A stretch of 64,000 nt of DNA from a virus, in IMG/VR virus record IMGVR_UViG_3300023242_000004, positions 1-64,000 of that record; one strand, 5' to 3'. This document shows, one piece after another, positions 38,457 through 50,047 of this stretch (its first letter is position 1; each line of letters starts with the position of its first letter). The notes under the pieces are model-generated. The model saw nothing but the letters and a program-made list of their open reading frames with translations. It did not search any database and had not been told where the DNA came from. The position numbers were made by a program, and so were the translations under genes.

Positions 38457-39680
38457 TTATGGTTTTAGATAAACTGCTCTAGAACCTCTTAACAAATAAA
38501 GACCACCAGAAGGCATCGATGTATCTACATCAGCTTGAGCGTCATCATCGTATGGTCCGTATGTTTTAATACTTAATCTATCAACATATGTCGAATTAGC
38601 CACACTACTCTTAATACTAGCACCTAAAACAATCGTATTAATTTGTCCCGCTGTTGAATTTAAACCATGAACAAATGAATAAGTACCAAGAGCAGTGCTG
38701 CCAGAACCACCAGCGTGTGATGATTTACCACTAGCTAGTGTGTTTTGACCTTCAGCGTGTGATGTAAAACCACTAGCTACCGTGCCTTGACCTTCAGCAT
38801 GTGAATAATCACCACTAGCTAGTGTGCTTTGACCTTCAGCGTGTGAAGAATCACCACTAGCTACCGTTGAATTACCTTCAGCATGTGAAAAATTCCCATT
38901 AGCTTGCGTGAATTCACCTTCAGCGTGTGAAGAATCACCACTAGCTACCGTTGAATTACCTTCAGCATGTGAAAAATTCCCATTAGCTTGCGTGAATTCA
39001 CCTTCAGCGTGTGATGCTTCACCACTAGCTTGTGTTGAATTACCTTCAGCATGTGAAGAATTCCCACTAGCTATTGTATCACTACCTTCAGCATGTGATG
39101 CTCCACCACTAGCTACCGTTGCACCACCTTCAGCGTGACTATTATCCCCAGACGCTGTTGTGCTTTGACCTTCAGCGTGTGATGCTCCACCACTAGCTAC
39201 CGTTGAATTACCTTCAGCATGTGACGCATAACTAATAGCTTGCGTTAATTCACCTTCAGCGTGTGATGCTCCACCACTAGCTTGTGTTGAATTACCTTCA
39301 GCATGTGAAGAATTCCCACTAGCTATTGTGCCTCGACCTTCAGCGACTGCATAGTCACCTGTTGCATCTAACCCAGTACCGTTAATAGCTTTGATTGAAC
39401 CAACACCCGCTGAACCAGTTACCCAAATAGTATCTCCAATTGAGAAACCAGTTACGCTAAACGTACCACCAGTATTGTTGGTAAAAGTAGTAACACCATT
39501 TGTGTAAGTACCACCTGTAACTGTTACATCAGTGGGCAAAGTTATATTATCCAAAAGTTGTTGAACTGTAGCTTTATAAGAACTACCGTTAGGGTCTTGT
39601 GATTGGTCATTTACCAAAACAATGTGGAGAACATCATCCAAACCAACTGAAGGGGCTGTATTTCTACTAGTTAATTTCAT
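38457..39680 (-). CDS. tail fibre / adhesin with YadA-head-like 14-aa repeats
   Basis: About 17 repeats of xASGxxSHAEGxxT. Confidence 0.8.
   Translation of the reverse strand: MKLTSRNTAPSVGLDDVLHIVLVNDQSQDPNGSSYKATVQQLLDNITLPTDVTVTGGTYTNGVTTFTNNTGGTFSVTGFSIGDTIWVTGSAGVGSIKAINGTGLDATGDYAVAEGRGTIASGNSSHAEGNSTQASGGASHAEGELTQAISYASHAEGNSTVASGGASHAEGQSTTASGDNSHAEGGATVASGGASHAEGSDTIASGNSSHAEGNSTQASGEASHAEGEFTQANGNFSHAEGNSTVASGDSSHAEGEFTQANGNFSHAEGNSTVASGDSSHAEGQSTLASGDYSHAEGQGTVASGFTSHAEGQNTLASGKSSHAGGSGSTALGTYSFVHGLNSTAGQINTIVLGASIKSSVANSTYVDRLSIKTYGPYDDDAQADVDTSMPSGGLYLLRGSRAVYLKP
38660..39365 (-). repeat. 42-nt tandem coding repeat with an exact 84-nt duplication (38832-38915 / 38916-38999)
   Basis: Read directly from sequence. 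Confidence 0.9.
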
Positions 39681-39778
39681 TTTTTATTTTCTTTTATATA
39701 TAAATATATTATTTTATTGAAATAAGGTCTTTATTTCGTTTAAATAAAAACGCACTTGTTTTTAAATTTATCTTTTTA

Positions 39779-42400
39779 TTAATCTCTACCCTTTATAATA
39801 ACCACGCTACCTATAAATTCAGAACCCCAATTCATCTGGGAAATACAAAGTTTGTTTAAACGAGTAGGTACTGGTTTTAGTGTTATTTCACCTTCTTTTG
39901 GTGTTGAAATAACTCTTATAACAACATCAATGTTTTGACACTGACCAGAAACTCCGTTTATCGGACTTAATACGTTTAAATATTCAAAAGGGTTACCACC
40001 AAATAATGAGGAATATTGTTTATACTTAAACTTCTGTTGGTCGAATATTGTGTTGGTATAAATTTTAACGCTACCCCAAATTGTTGTTGCTGGAATAACT
40101 TGTTCAATCACATCAACCCAATAATCACCTATAAGGTTAGCGAATTGGTCCATTGTATAATAGTCAAAAGCAGAACTTTCTGTGGGACAATATTTTAAAC
40201 TATTTAAGTATCTTTCATATAACGCTTTAAGTGTTGGATATCCAGATATTGTTTGTCTATTTTTAACGTTGATTAGTTCAGAAACTAATAATTTTTTAAA
40301 TTTATCAATTGTTTTAATTGTTGATAAATCAGTTGTAAACAAACTAGTAAAATCTATTTGGTTATCACCACAACAATATGGTTGTGTAGATAATTGGGCG
40401 TTATTTGATGTACCGTCCATAAAATCGTAAACATTAGAATCTTGAAAATTAAAACATTCACCATCTTGAAAATTGTAATTTCCACAAAAAACGCATGGGT
40501 CACAATATGTTACACCAGTTAATAAACATGGGTTATCTGATAAATAACACCAAACATCGTGTTCCACCGCAGAAGCGATATTCATATCTAAATCAATTTC
40601 TTTGGTGTTAATTACCAATCTTTCATCAAACACATCGTAATCTGTTTGTCTAATAGCATTAAAACCACTAACGTTTTTAATATCAAATTCTCTATTTACT
40701 AAATCAGTGTTATTTACCCAAGATTTTTTATTGTCGACAACTCTAGTTATATTAAAACCTGGTGATTGACTGATAAACAGGTTAGTACTATCAACATCAA
40801 CACATTGTTTTGTTAACGAAATCCTATCAATCATAACACAAAAATCACCACAACTACTATTAATATTAAGACTTAACTTAATTTTTTTGTTGGTAATCAT
40901 ATTAATTATGTCAACATCATTAATAAAACTGGTATGTTGTAACCACGAAGAAGATAATATTGTTGGCGATAACGAATTATTAAATACTGATTGACCATTT
41001 GTTTGACCGCCTAATTCAGATTGGTTAAATAACTCTTGTAGAATATAATCTCTAACCCTTAAACAGTTTGAAACATTTGTTTGACCATTAACCATATCAT
41101 TACCTTGAAATTGTGGTAATAATTCTGTGTAACTTAATGGTGTACACCCACTAGCCCAAGATTCGTTAGCGCTAGGTTCACCACAAACAAAGAAACCACT
41201 ATTTGTTGGGTTGGAAGATAAATAATTATATAAATTACCAGCACCTATAGATGGAAAAAAATTATCTTCGTAAGCTGTTGTTAGATTACCATTATCATCA
41301 ACAACATCTATACTCATAGAAACACTTAAATTTTCAATAACACCAATCGGTGTACCACAACTAACAGTTAAGTCTTGTCGCTGTGTTATTGAATTATCCA
41401 AATCTGTTTTTAATGTTAGTAATAAATCATTAAATTCAGTTTGTTTAATCACAAGCACATCTATTTTATTTTTAATTTCTGTTTTATCACCAAAAGGTGT
41501 TTTACATTCTAAAATAAGCGGATTAATGTTTCCAGTTATTGATAATAATGCTTGATTTTGATTGTATATATTAATAACGTTTTCACATGTGTAAGATGAT
41601 GGGTCACCATTTAAAAACTGTTGGTACTTATTAGGACCCAAAATATTTTGCCAAATAGTAAGACCATCAGTTGTTAAACAAAAAGTAACACTAGTGTATT
41701 TTACACTAGGAAAAGAAAAAGGTGCTAACCCTCCATTAAACCCAGTTCTAGTAAAAGGTTCTTTTTGTGTTTGTGTTGGGTTTATAGTTTCACTTGGCAA
41801 ATATTCGATTGCTTCCGAATCAATTATTGTCATAGATGGGAAGCTATCACATTTTATTGAATAACTTGTTTTATCGTATTGGTCTAGCAAATAAATTAAC
41901 TGCGTTTTTATTTCCTCACATTTAACTGTTTGTTCATCAATTTTTTGGTTTAAAGTAAAAATTCGGTTGTCTAAATCTGGGTCGCTAACACTAGTTTGTG
42001 TTAGCGTTTTACTAAGCATTTCGCAATCTAGTTTAAACAAATAATCAAAATCAACAACCAAAGAACATGTTTCATCATCTTGAAGATAGAAAATAGTCCC
42101 ATCATTACCCTTTGGGTTTAAGACTATTTTAAATGGTTGGTCATCCGAACAACCTATACTAGATTTATCAGACCATCTACATTTTTGAGCATCTAAATCA
42201 TAATAATATGGTTCGTTTGTTATTTCACCCAAAACACTACAACATTGTTGCGATACATATGTTGGTGATGGTAAACCGTTACTATTGGGTAAATATACAG
42301 AAATAGTACCGTCTGTGTTTTTAACCAAACCATTTTGTGCTATAACGTAACGCCAAAATTCATTACACCCTTTGATTATGTCTGCTAGGTTTATCCCCAT
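39779..42400 (-). CDS. Cys-rich virion structural protein
   Basis: 873 aa; C-terminal IEQVIPATTIW...NTIFDQQKFKY motif. Confidence 0.6.
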   Translation of the reverse strand: MGINLADIIKGCNEFWRYVIAQNGLVKNTDGTISVYLPNSNGLPSPTYVSQQCCSVLGEITNEPYYYDLDAQKCRWSDKSSIGCSDDQPFKIVLNPKGNDGTIFYLQDDETCSLVVDFDYLFKLDCEMLSKTLTQTSVSDPDLDNRIFTLNQKIDEQTVKCEEIKTQLIYLLDQYDKTSYSIKCDSFPSMTIIDSEAIEYLPSETINPTQTQKEPFTRTGFNGGLAPFSFPSVKYTSVTFCLTTDGLTIWQNILGPNKYQQFLNGDPSSYTCENVINIYNQNQALLSITGNINPLILECKTPFGDKTEIKNKIDVLVIKQTEFNDLLLTLKTDLDNSITQRQDLTVSCGTPIGVIENLSVSMSIDVVDDNGNLTTAYEDNFFPSIGAGNLYNYLSSNPTNSGFFVCGEPSANESWASGCTPLSYTELLPQFQGNDMVNGQTNVSNCLRVRDYILQELFNQSELGGQTNGQSVFNNSLSPTILSSSWLQHTSFINDVDIINMITNKKIKLSLNINSSCGDFCVMIDRISLTKQCVDVDSTNLFISQSPGFNITRVVDNKKSWVNNTDLVNREFDIKNVSGFNAIRQTDYDVFDERLVINTKEIDLDMNIASAVEHDVWCYLSDNPCLLTGVTYCDPCVFCGNYNFQDGECFNFQDSNVYDFMDGTSNNAQLSTQPYCCGDNQIDFTSLFTTDLSTIKTIDKFKKLLVSELINVKNRQTISGYPTLKALYERYLNSLKYCPTESSAFDYYTMDQFANLIGDYWVDVIEQVIPATTIWGSVKIYTNTIFDQQKFKYKQYSSLFGGNPFEYLNVLSPINGVSGQCQNIDVVIRVISTPKEGEITLKPVPTRLNKLCISQMNWGSEFIGSVVIIKGRD

Positions 42401-42436
42401 TTTATTTTTTTATTATAAGTATTCTTTATTTTATTT

Positions 42437-45400
42437 TTAACACGCTGGTAGCGTATTAAAATCAATAATTTTTGTAACTACACCGTTATTAATCTGAATA
42501 ACGTATTTTTGTTTTAATTGTAAACCAGTGTTTGTTGTGCTATTTAAATTAGTAACATCAATTGAGAAATTACCATTTAATGTATTATACGGTGCTGCAC
42601 CTAAAGCATTTGACACATATAATTGGGTACCTACAGTTATTGGACTAAAACTCCATGGTAATGTTGTTGGACCACTTAACCCAACCGTTCTTGATAGTGG
42701 GTAATAACTAAGTGGGTTAAGGGTTTTACATTTAACAGTTAGGTTATCGTCTGATGTAAACGGATAAATATTTGTACCGCTTTTAAATGTAACTATTAGA
42801 CTATCATATAATTTATAAATTATTGTTGGTGCCGATAATGTTGGCCAATTAAAATTACAACAATCACCCTTATCAGCCCTATTTGCAAATAAAGTTACTA
42901 ATGTTTGGTAATTTTGTAAACCATATGTTGTTAATTTACAACCAACACCTGTTTCATTTGTAAATGGGTCTACTATATTTGGCACAGGTGTTGTCCACCC
43001 AACTGGACAAACTGATGCGTCTGGTAAAGTCACTTTGTTTACTCCAACACCGTAAAGAGTTATAAACGATAAAAAAGCATCGTCATTTAAATATACTGGT
43101 TCGTTATTTAATACCCAATTACACGATGCACTGCACCCACAGTTTTCACTAAAACAACAAATATAACCGCTTTCTAAATTACTAGTTATTGGGTTGACAA
43201 CTTCAGTATATACTGATTTTCCGTTTAGTGCTTTACAACATTCTCTGTCAGTAAAAATAGATGTTCTAATTATGGGTTGACCATTTGATTCGAACACTGA
43301 ACCATCTTGGTTATATTGGTAATAGTTGAAAACATAATAACCAGTATTAACATTTTTTTTTGGTTTTAAAGAAAACTCACTACATGGTTTTAATTGTGGT
43401 TTTTCTATTTTCTTAATACAAACGCTTAAAGCATCATCACTTAAATCAGATGGGCAACCACAAGCTGTTAAAACATCTTCTGGTATTGGGTCTTTTACTA
43501 TTTCGGCTGTATATACAATACAATCACTTAAGTCTGTACCATCAATGTTAATAACGTCCACATAAGTGTCACCAACATAATCAGTAATTTGACCTAAATC
43601 ATAATTAATAAACAAATTAGTCGACCCACTAGATATTGTTTCAGCAGTAATAGTTACTGCCGAAAAATTAGGTATAAGTTTTCTTAATTGGTTGATGTAT
43701 TTACTACCACCATCGTATGGCCCAACGTGTGGGTTATTACCATTTAGATTATCCATTGTTGAACCACTTCCACCAGTTTCCCTATACCAAAGACCATCAG
43801 ATTGGAAATACATGTTTGGGTTGTCTTCGAAAAATTTAGGGTAACCATCATTATCTATTGGATAATTACTCAAATCACTATCTAAATTGTTTAACCGTAA
43901 TATTTTTTGGAAAAGTTCAGTATCTATAGGTGCATCCGCTAAATAAACATACTCATTAAACTCTATTAAACCTTTTGGTGTGCCGATAAATTTAAGTAAA
44001 AACTCAACAGATTTACGTGCACCTTTGGATTTCCATATCCAAGGAGAGTTTAATATGATTCTTCTCCATAATTCGACATCGGCTTCAATGTCGGTTAAAC
44101 CAACTTCTTCACCAGAATATGTTGATTTTGAAGTTTTAACGTAATTCTTCAATAAATTATTTTCTAAAATAGAAGAAATTAAATCCCAACCCAAGACTCT
44201 AGCCAAATCTTTTAAGTATTTGTCTGGCATGTTATCTTGTTTATTATAAGTAACAACATTCGCAAATGAAACACTATAAATAAATGTGTTTATATCGTCA
44301 AAAGACCTACCATAAATGTTAAGTGTTTTATTAATTTTTTGACCAGAAGTATCCAAATGTTCTTCAGCTAAATGGACTGGGGTTGTGTCAAAATCAGAAA
44401 TAGAGTCAGATACTAAGAATCTATTCATTAAATTACTATTACTTAAGTCATTATCTTCCGAAATTTTTAGTAATTTTGAAGCATAATCAATATATTCACC
44501 ACTATTGAAATCGATATTATATCCATCAGATACTGGCCAAATTATGTCTTTATCTACGTAAAGTACTATACCTTGTTCTGAAATAATAGGTGAATTAAAA
44601 GTTGCTTTATATTTTGGAGATGATTTTCTATTTAATAAATAACCCTCAAAATTACTTAAACCATTGAAAAATAAATCTTCATTTATCTTACTAGGTTTTA
44701 TGTGGTAACTAATTGTTGTTTGTTGACCAGAAAAAACATCACCTTTAACTTTAAAATAAACGTAATCATTAGTTAATTCGGTAGAACCAGTAAAACCTAT
44801 TACATCATATTCTAAATTATCTCTTAATATAACATACGAACCATAGTTAACGGTTAAATTTCTAATATCGTTTGTTTCATTAAATGTGTTAACAATAGTT
44901 CCATTTTTTAAATAATTAATATTGAATTTGTTGGTGATTAACGATGTGTTTATTTTAAAACTTGCAGAATTAGAAATTAAATCATAAGAATAGTCAGAAT
45001 ATGTGTTATCAACTATTGATTGACCTATATTATTAATAATGAAAGGAGATAAAAATAAAGATGCTGGCCATTTAGTTATTATTTCTTCTAGACTAACACG
45101 CACAAATTCAACTAAAGAACCAAACATAGCATAATATTTTAATTTAGTTTTATCTAAATTTAATATAACACCAGCGTTATTATTTAAAAGGGTTTGTGTT
45201 TGTTGAACCGTTAAATTTAAGTTTTCTAAAGAATAATAATCAGAAAATTTACCAGTATTATAAGACTTATCTTTTTTAGGGTCCATATTTGTAGTGATAG
45301 AAAAATTACCCATAGTAAACAACGCCTCATCACTAGTTAGTTGAAGACCAACTAGGTCTGGGCTAAAATTTCTATACTCTATATTACCGTTGTAAGTTTC

Positions 45401-45439
45401 TTTTTTTACATATCCAGCTACTTTAATGTTATCACTCAT
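42437..45439 (-). CDS. baseplate wedge-like structural protein
   Basis: YLKDLARVLGW...WRRIILN...KSKGARKSVEFLL (P2 gpI / T4 gp7-like pattern). Confidence 0.6.
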   Translation of the reverse strand: MSDNIKVAGYVKKETYNGNIEYRNFSPDLVGLQLTSDEALFTMGNFSITTNMDPKKDKSYNTGKFSDYYSLENLNLTVQQTQTLLNNNAGVILNLDKTKLKYYAMFGSLVEFVRVSLEEIITKWPASLFLSPFIINNIGQSIVDNTYSDYSYDLISNSASFKINTSLITNKFNINYLKNGTIVNTFNETNDIRNLTVNYGSYVILRDNLEYDVIGFTGSTELTNDYVYFKVKGDVFSGQQTTISYHIKPSKINEDLFFNGLSNFEGYLLNRKSSPKYKATFNSPIISEQGIVLYVDKDIIWPVSDGYNIDFNSGEYIDYASKLLKISEDNDLSNSNLMNRFLVSDSISDFDTTPVHLAEEHLDTSGQKINKTLNIYGRSFDDINTFIYSVSFANVVTYNKQDNMPDKYLKDLARVLGWDLISSILENNLLKNYVKTSKSTYSGEEVGLTDIEADVELWRRIILNSPWIWKSKGARKSVEFLLKFIGTPKGLIEFNEYVYLADAPIDTELFQKILRLNNLDSDLSNYPIDNDGYPKFFEDNPNMYFQSDGLWYRETGGSGSTMDNLNGNNPHVGPYDGGSKYINQLRKLIPNFSAVTITAETISSGSTNLFINYDLGQITDYVGDTYVDVINIDGTDLSDCIVYTAEIVKDPIPEDVLTACGCPSDLSDDALSVCIKKIEKPQLKPCSEFSLKPKKNVNTGYYVFNYYQYNQDGSVFESNGQPIIRTSIFTDRECCKALNGKSVYTEVVNPITSNLESGYICCFSENCGCSASCNWVLNNEPVYLNDDAFLSFITLYGVGVNKVTLPDASVCPVGWTTPVPNIVDPFTNETGVGCKLTTYGLQNYQTLVTLFANRADKGDCCNFNWPTLSAPTIIYKLYDSLIVTFKSGTNIYPFTSDDNLTVKCKTLNPLSYYPLSRTVGLSGPTTLPWSFSPITVGTQLYVSNALGAAPYNTLNGNFSIDVTNLNSTTNTGLQLKQKYVIQINNGVVTKIIDFNTLPAC

Positions 45440-45447
45440 TTTTTATA

Positions 45448-46386
45448 TTAGATTGTTGTTATATTATTAAATGTTTTGTTAAAATCTATACTAGCACGTT
45501 CCTCTCTAACTTCAAATAATGGTTTACCAGTAAACTTATCTTTTATTTCATATAAGTTGTATTGTTTGTAAATATCGTTATTGAAATTGTATATAGTATA
45601 AATCCCATCATCAAGACTTTTGCTTTGATTACCAAATAACGCAAATGCGATTGTTTCTATATCATGTTGTACCATCTCAACTTCAAGCATAACTGGGTTA
45701 AAGTAAGTATTGGTTATAATAACTTTTTGGTTTGGTTGCCCGATAAAAGGTAACGCATTTGGTTTTACACTAGGAGCTGAAGCTGGCGATACAGTACAAA
45801 AAGTAAGTGTTGAATTATCATTAAATCTATATCTAATAGCTTTTTGATTAGAATTAGTAAGGTTTTGGTTAACTGGTTCAGCTCTATTATTTGTGGTGAT
45901 AACCCTAAAAAAATTATTTATCTTAACGTCACTAACCGAATTAGCTGAACTATCAGTATTTAAATATTCAACCCTATAACCAACCAAACCGTTATTTTCG
46001 AATCTATTTAAAAAATTTGCTGGGATGTTTGACATATCAAACACCAAACCTTTGATATCTGGATAAGCCGATAAAACACCAACATCAACTATTGATGTTC
46101 TAATTTCAATGGGTTTTATAATTATAGTATAAAACCCTTTAACACCAAAAGTGGCTACGGGTAATTTAAGTGTATACATACCACCAAAAACCTCAAAACC
46201 AGTTACATTTGATTGCGCTTTGTTTGGGTTGTCTATTTTTATTAATACTTCTAATGGGTCTAATCTATTTAATTTTTCATCACCGATTGTATCTCTAGAT
46301 GGTGTAAAATGATAAAATATCTCTACGTCTTCTGGTGATATATCTGCTGGTCTAACTATTCCATATGTTCCTGTTGCAAAATACAT
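45448..46386 (-). CDS. virion structural protein
   Basis: ORF in structural block. Confidence 0.6.
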   Translation of the reverse strand: MYFATGTYGIVRPADISPEDVEIFYHFTPSRDTIGDEKLNRLDPLEVLIKIDNPNKAQSNVTGFEVFGGMYTLKLPVATFGVKGFYTIIIKPIEIRTSIVDVGVLSAYPDIKGLVFDMSNIPANFLNRFENNGLVGYRVEYLNTDSSANSVSDVKINNFFRVITTNNRAEPVNQNLTNSNQKAIRYRFNDNSTLTFCTVSPASAPSVKPNALPFIGQPNQKVIITNTYFNPVMLEVEMVQHDIETIAFALFGNQSKSLDDGIYTIYNFNNDIYKQYNLYEIKDKFTGKPLFEVREERASIDFNKTFNNITTI

Positions 46387-46494
46387 TTATATTTGTTTAT
46401 TAATAATTTTGTTATTTTTATCTACCACTAAAATTTTAATTGGTTTATGTTTTGTTTTTACTTAATATAACATTTTTTTTTAAAAAGTATATTT

Positions 46495-47367
46495 TTATTG
46501 TTTATTTAATTTGTAATAACCATTTCCGTATCTAGTTAACGCTGAAATATTACCTATTTCAGATAATTTTAAATGCATATCCAACACACTAGTTGAACCT
46601 CTATCTATAAATACATCACTTTGTACTTCTGGTTGAGAAATAACACCAAATAAATATTCTTCTTTGGTTAATGCAGATAAAGAAATGTTTGTTTTATTCC
46701 AACCTTCACCTATAAACCTAAAAGTATTTAAAGGTATTAAACCTAAAACACCATTAATATTTATTTCAGTATCACCACTATAGTCCATGTATTGAATACC
46801 TGTTGTTTGATTCATAGTACCTAAATTAGCATCGTTTTCAGTATCAAAAACATAAATCTTGGGCTCACCCATTGATTTTATCCTATCAACACCCATAACT
46901 GTTAAATCATTGTAGTTTTCATAAGTTTCTGTTGCTGTGTTAAAATTAATCCTAAATTGGTCGTTACTTTTGTAAGATTTTACGTCTTCAATTTTACTAT
47001 CAGTTTTACCAGTAATTGGTAAATTACCAAAAACATAATAATCCGATTCACTTGAATTTGGTAACCTAACCGTTACTTTATCGGTACCATACAAATTTGT
47101 TAATGTTTGAGGCACAGCCCCAAGCATAAAAGGAAAAGAATAACCTAAAGTATTTAATTTAGAAATTAAAACACTATAATCAACTGATGTGTTTTCCTCG
47201 TCTTGTGAGATAAATTCTGAATTAACAAATAACCCCATATCATCAATATTTTGAGTTAATAAAACATTCAAATAAAAAGTAGATGCCGTAATGGTACCCC
47301 ATTTATTGCTACCCTTACCTCTATCAATACTATCTTCTAGCAATATTTTTCTTTTAATTATTTCCAT
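46495..47367 (-). CDS. virion structural protein
   Basis: ORF in structural block. Confidence 0.6.
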   Translation of the reverse strand: MEIIKRKILLEDSIDRGKGSNKWGTITASTFYLNVLLTQNIDDMGLFVNSEFISQDEENTSVDYSVLISKLNTLGYSFPFMLGAVPQTLTNLYGTDKVTVRLPNSSESDYYVFGNLPITGKTDSKIEDVKSYKSNDQFRINFNTATETYENYNDLTVMGVDRIKSMGEPKIYVFDTENDANLGTMNQTTGIQYMDYSGDTEININGVLGLIPLNTFRFIGEGWNKTNISLSALTKEEYLFGVISQPEVQSDVFIDRGSTSVLDMHLKLSEIGNISALTRYGNGYYKLNKQ

Positions 47368-48221
47368 TATGTTGCTTTTATTTCATACAATGTAACTTTA
47401 CATGTATTACCATTATAAGTTACGTTATTAGACCCACTAGTACCTGTATTACCATGGTATACATTATCTATTTCATAATAATAACCACTAGACGTTCTAG
47501 TCATTTTATATCTTGTATATAATTCATGAACTAATTTGTCGATTGGTTGTGCAATATTTTTAACCATAAGGTTTACCGATTTACCAGTCTTTGCGTTTTT
47601 AAAACTAGCTCTCATATAAACATATTTTGATTCACCGATATCTAAGCTATCTTTGTAATCATATAAATGAAAACCTTCAGCAAAACCTCTAGGGTTAAGT
47701 AATGGGTTTTCTACCACAAAATTAATTGGTATTTGTGAAACATCAACTGGTTGTCCAGGTATACCATTTGTTGTAGAAATAGGTAAATAATCAGTTTTAT
47801 TCAAATTAGCATAAAGAGTCAAAAAAGTTACTAGTTTTTGTGTTAATGGGTTATCATTATCATAAAAAGATAGATTTAAAAATGTTTCTTTAAAACTATT
47901 TTTCCTAAATTTTATATCATTATTATCAAAACCAATAAAACCATAATAATCAACATAGTTATTTGCTGTGTCGAACAACTTAACATCATAAATTATTTTA
48001 TTTATTTGATTATTTCCTAAATCTAAAGGTAAAAACCTAATTCTATCATAGTCTAATATTGGGTTAATTGAATTTTCTATTTCAGTTTTAACAAAAACTT
48101 CTTCAATAAGTTCGGCATTATCAACAATTTGATATTCCATATTAATAGGGAAACTAATAGTAGTAGCTGTTGAGCCACTAGCTAGTGTTGATAGGTTTAT
48201 TTTAAATTTATTAACAAACAT
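47367..48221 (-). CDS. virion structural protein
   Basis: ORF in structural block. Confidence 0.6.
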   Translation of the reverse strand: MFVNKFKINLSTLASGSTATTISFPINMEYQIVDNAELIEEVFVKTEIENSINPILDYDRIRFLPLDLGNNQINKIIYDVKLFDTANNYVDYYGFIGFDNNDIKFRKNSFKETFLNLSFYDNDNPLTQKLVTFLTLYANLNKTDYLPISTTNGIPGQPVDVSQIPINFVVENPLLNPRGFAEGFHLYDYKDSLDIGESKYVYMRASFKNAKTGKSVNLMVKNIAQPIDKLVHELYTRYKMTRTSSGYYYEIDNVYHGNTGTSGSNNVTYNGNTCKVTLYEIKAT

Positions 48222-50022
48222 CTGGATTAGCTGTATTTACTGTAAATTTATCTGTTATTCTTTCACCAACTGGGTCAGCTGGAAACCTACCGTAGTAAAG
48301 ATTCCATAAAGAAAATTGGTCTTGTCTTCTTAAATAAAAACAATGATTTTGGTACATATAATGGCTACCATTTAAAAATGGGTAGTTCAATGGTCTTTCA
48401 TCTGTTTGGTTGAAACCAATATCTAATAAGTCCCTCCATAAATATCTACCATCACCCATATTTACAACGTAATCTGGCATACCTTCAGTAAATTCATCAC
48501 CTTCTTCAACATAGTTAGAAAAATCTCTAATTTTAATTTGGTGATGTGCTTGATAATGGTACCCTTCTTGCCTAGGCCCCAAATTGGTCTGAGCATATGT
48601 CGGTTGACCATTAACGTCTGTTGGTGTTGATAAAACATAACTAATCGTTGCTGGTGTTTCTCTACTTATTGTGTTAAATCTATGAGAAACAGTTGCTAAA
48701 ATTATTTCATTTAATATTTCAATATTGTATTCAACTAAATCACCATAATAATCAATATTACTTGGTAACCCATTGTTGTCAGTAATTTTAACATTATTTT
48801 CTAATGGTGTATGTGATTGGAAAGGCAACGCACCACCGTTGTGTATTTTATTAATTGCTGGGATATCTAACAAATAAGGGTTTATATTACTAGTGTTTAA
48901 ACGATTAATAAAAGGTGTTTCAATACCAGAAGACACATTACTAAATAAATTATTACTATCAGTTTTAATTATTGTCAAATAAATTTCACTAAGCGGTCTA
49001 CCTAAATTATCAGTTAAATCACTAACATCAATATCTTCATTAAAAACATATTGAGTTATTTGGTCGTTAAACAAGTTTTCGCTGAACCCAACTTGGTATG
49101 TTTCATAATCATCAGTTTCAATAACAGCAGTAGCTCTAGTTTTAATTTTTCTAAATTTTCTAAAATAATATTCTGACTCAACACCATTTACTAGTTTTTT
49201 AATTCTAGATAGATTATTTATTGTCCCAGTATTTGGAACATCAATCACAAAATAATAATCTTTGTAATCACCGTTACTTAAACCTAAAGTAAATACTTCG
49301 TGGTCACCATTATACCCATTAGTTCCACTTATTCTTACTATATCACCAATCGATAGGTTGTGCAAACAAGGCATACCAATAGCTGTCATTGGTCTAGTTG
49401 AAACTATTGTTGTTTGGGTTTCAACTATCAATAAACCACCATTAACTAATTTATGTGTTTTATCACTTGAGTTTGGGTAGGTTACCACCAACTCCCAATT
49501 TTTAACTGGTTGACTAGTTGGAGAATGGTATGGTGAGATATCTGGTAAAAAAGAAAAACGTTCTCTTTTTGGTTCCATATCATAATAACTACATAACATT
49601 GGTTTTGTAATGTCTGGGTCAAAATAACCAAACCAACCATCTTTTTCTTTTAAATAATACTTAATTGATTTAGCGTATGTAAAATCACCATCATCATTCA
49701 CATCACCGTCTTTTGGGTATGACCAATCTAGAAAATCTAAATTATTAAACCCAGCTAATGTGTTTCTATCTGCTAATAATGAGTCATTCAAATTAAATAA
49801 AGGATTGCTGATTAAAGGGTTTATCGTACCGATTAATCGATAATATTTACTTCGTTGTCTTTCAACATTAAACCTATCGGCAACATTGACTATCCTATCA
49901 ATTTCATTGGTGGGTAATAACCTTTCATCGCCTTCAATACTAATTTTTAAAAAAGCGTCAGTATTTGTAGCTAATTTAGATTTTTCAACACCAAATCTTT
50001 TTATTATTCTATCAGTACTCAT
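48211..50022 (-). CDS. virion structural protein
   Basis: ORF in structural block; WRDLLDIG...YPFLNG.HY. Confidence 0.6.
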   Translation of the reverse strand: MSTDRIIKRFGVEKSKLATNTDAFLKISIEGDERLLPTNEIDRIVNVADRFNVERQRSKYYRLIGTINPLISNPLFNLNDSLLADRNTLAGFNNLDFLDWSYPKDGDVNDDGDFTYAKSIKYYLKEKDGWFGYFDPDITKPMLCSYYDMEPKRERFSFLPDISPYHSPTSQPVKNWELVVTYPNSSDKTHKLVNGGLLIVETQTTIVSTRPMTAIGMPCLHNLSIGDIVRISGTNGYNGDHEVFTLGLSNGDYKDYYFVIDVPNTGTINNLSRIKKLVNGVESEYYFRKFRKIKTRATAVIETDDYETYQVGFSENLFNDQITQYVFNEDIDVSDLTDNLGRPLSEIYLTIIKTDSNNLFSNVSSGIETPFINRLNTSNINPYLLDIPAINKIHNGGALPFQSHTPLENNVKITDNNGLPSNIDYYGDLVEYNIEILNEIILATVSHRFNTISRETPATISYVLSTPTDVNGQPTYAQTNLGPRQEGYHYQAHHQIKIRDFSNYVEEGDEFTEGMPDYVVNMGDGRYLWRDLLDIGFNQTDERPLNYPFLNGSHYMYQNHCFYLRRQDQFSLWNLYYGRFPADPVGERITDKFTVNTANPDVC

Positions 50023-50047
50023 TATTTATTTATATTTTTTATATTCA

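Noticed and set aside
38660-39365. CRISPR-like array
   Set aside because: Units are 42-nt in-frame coding repeats with no unique spacers
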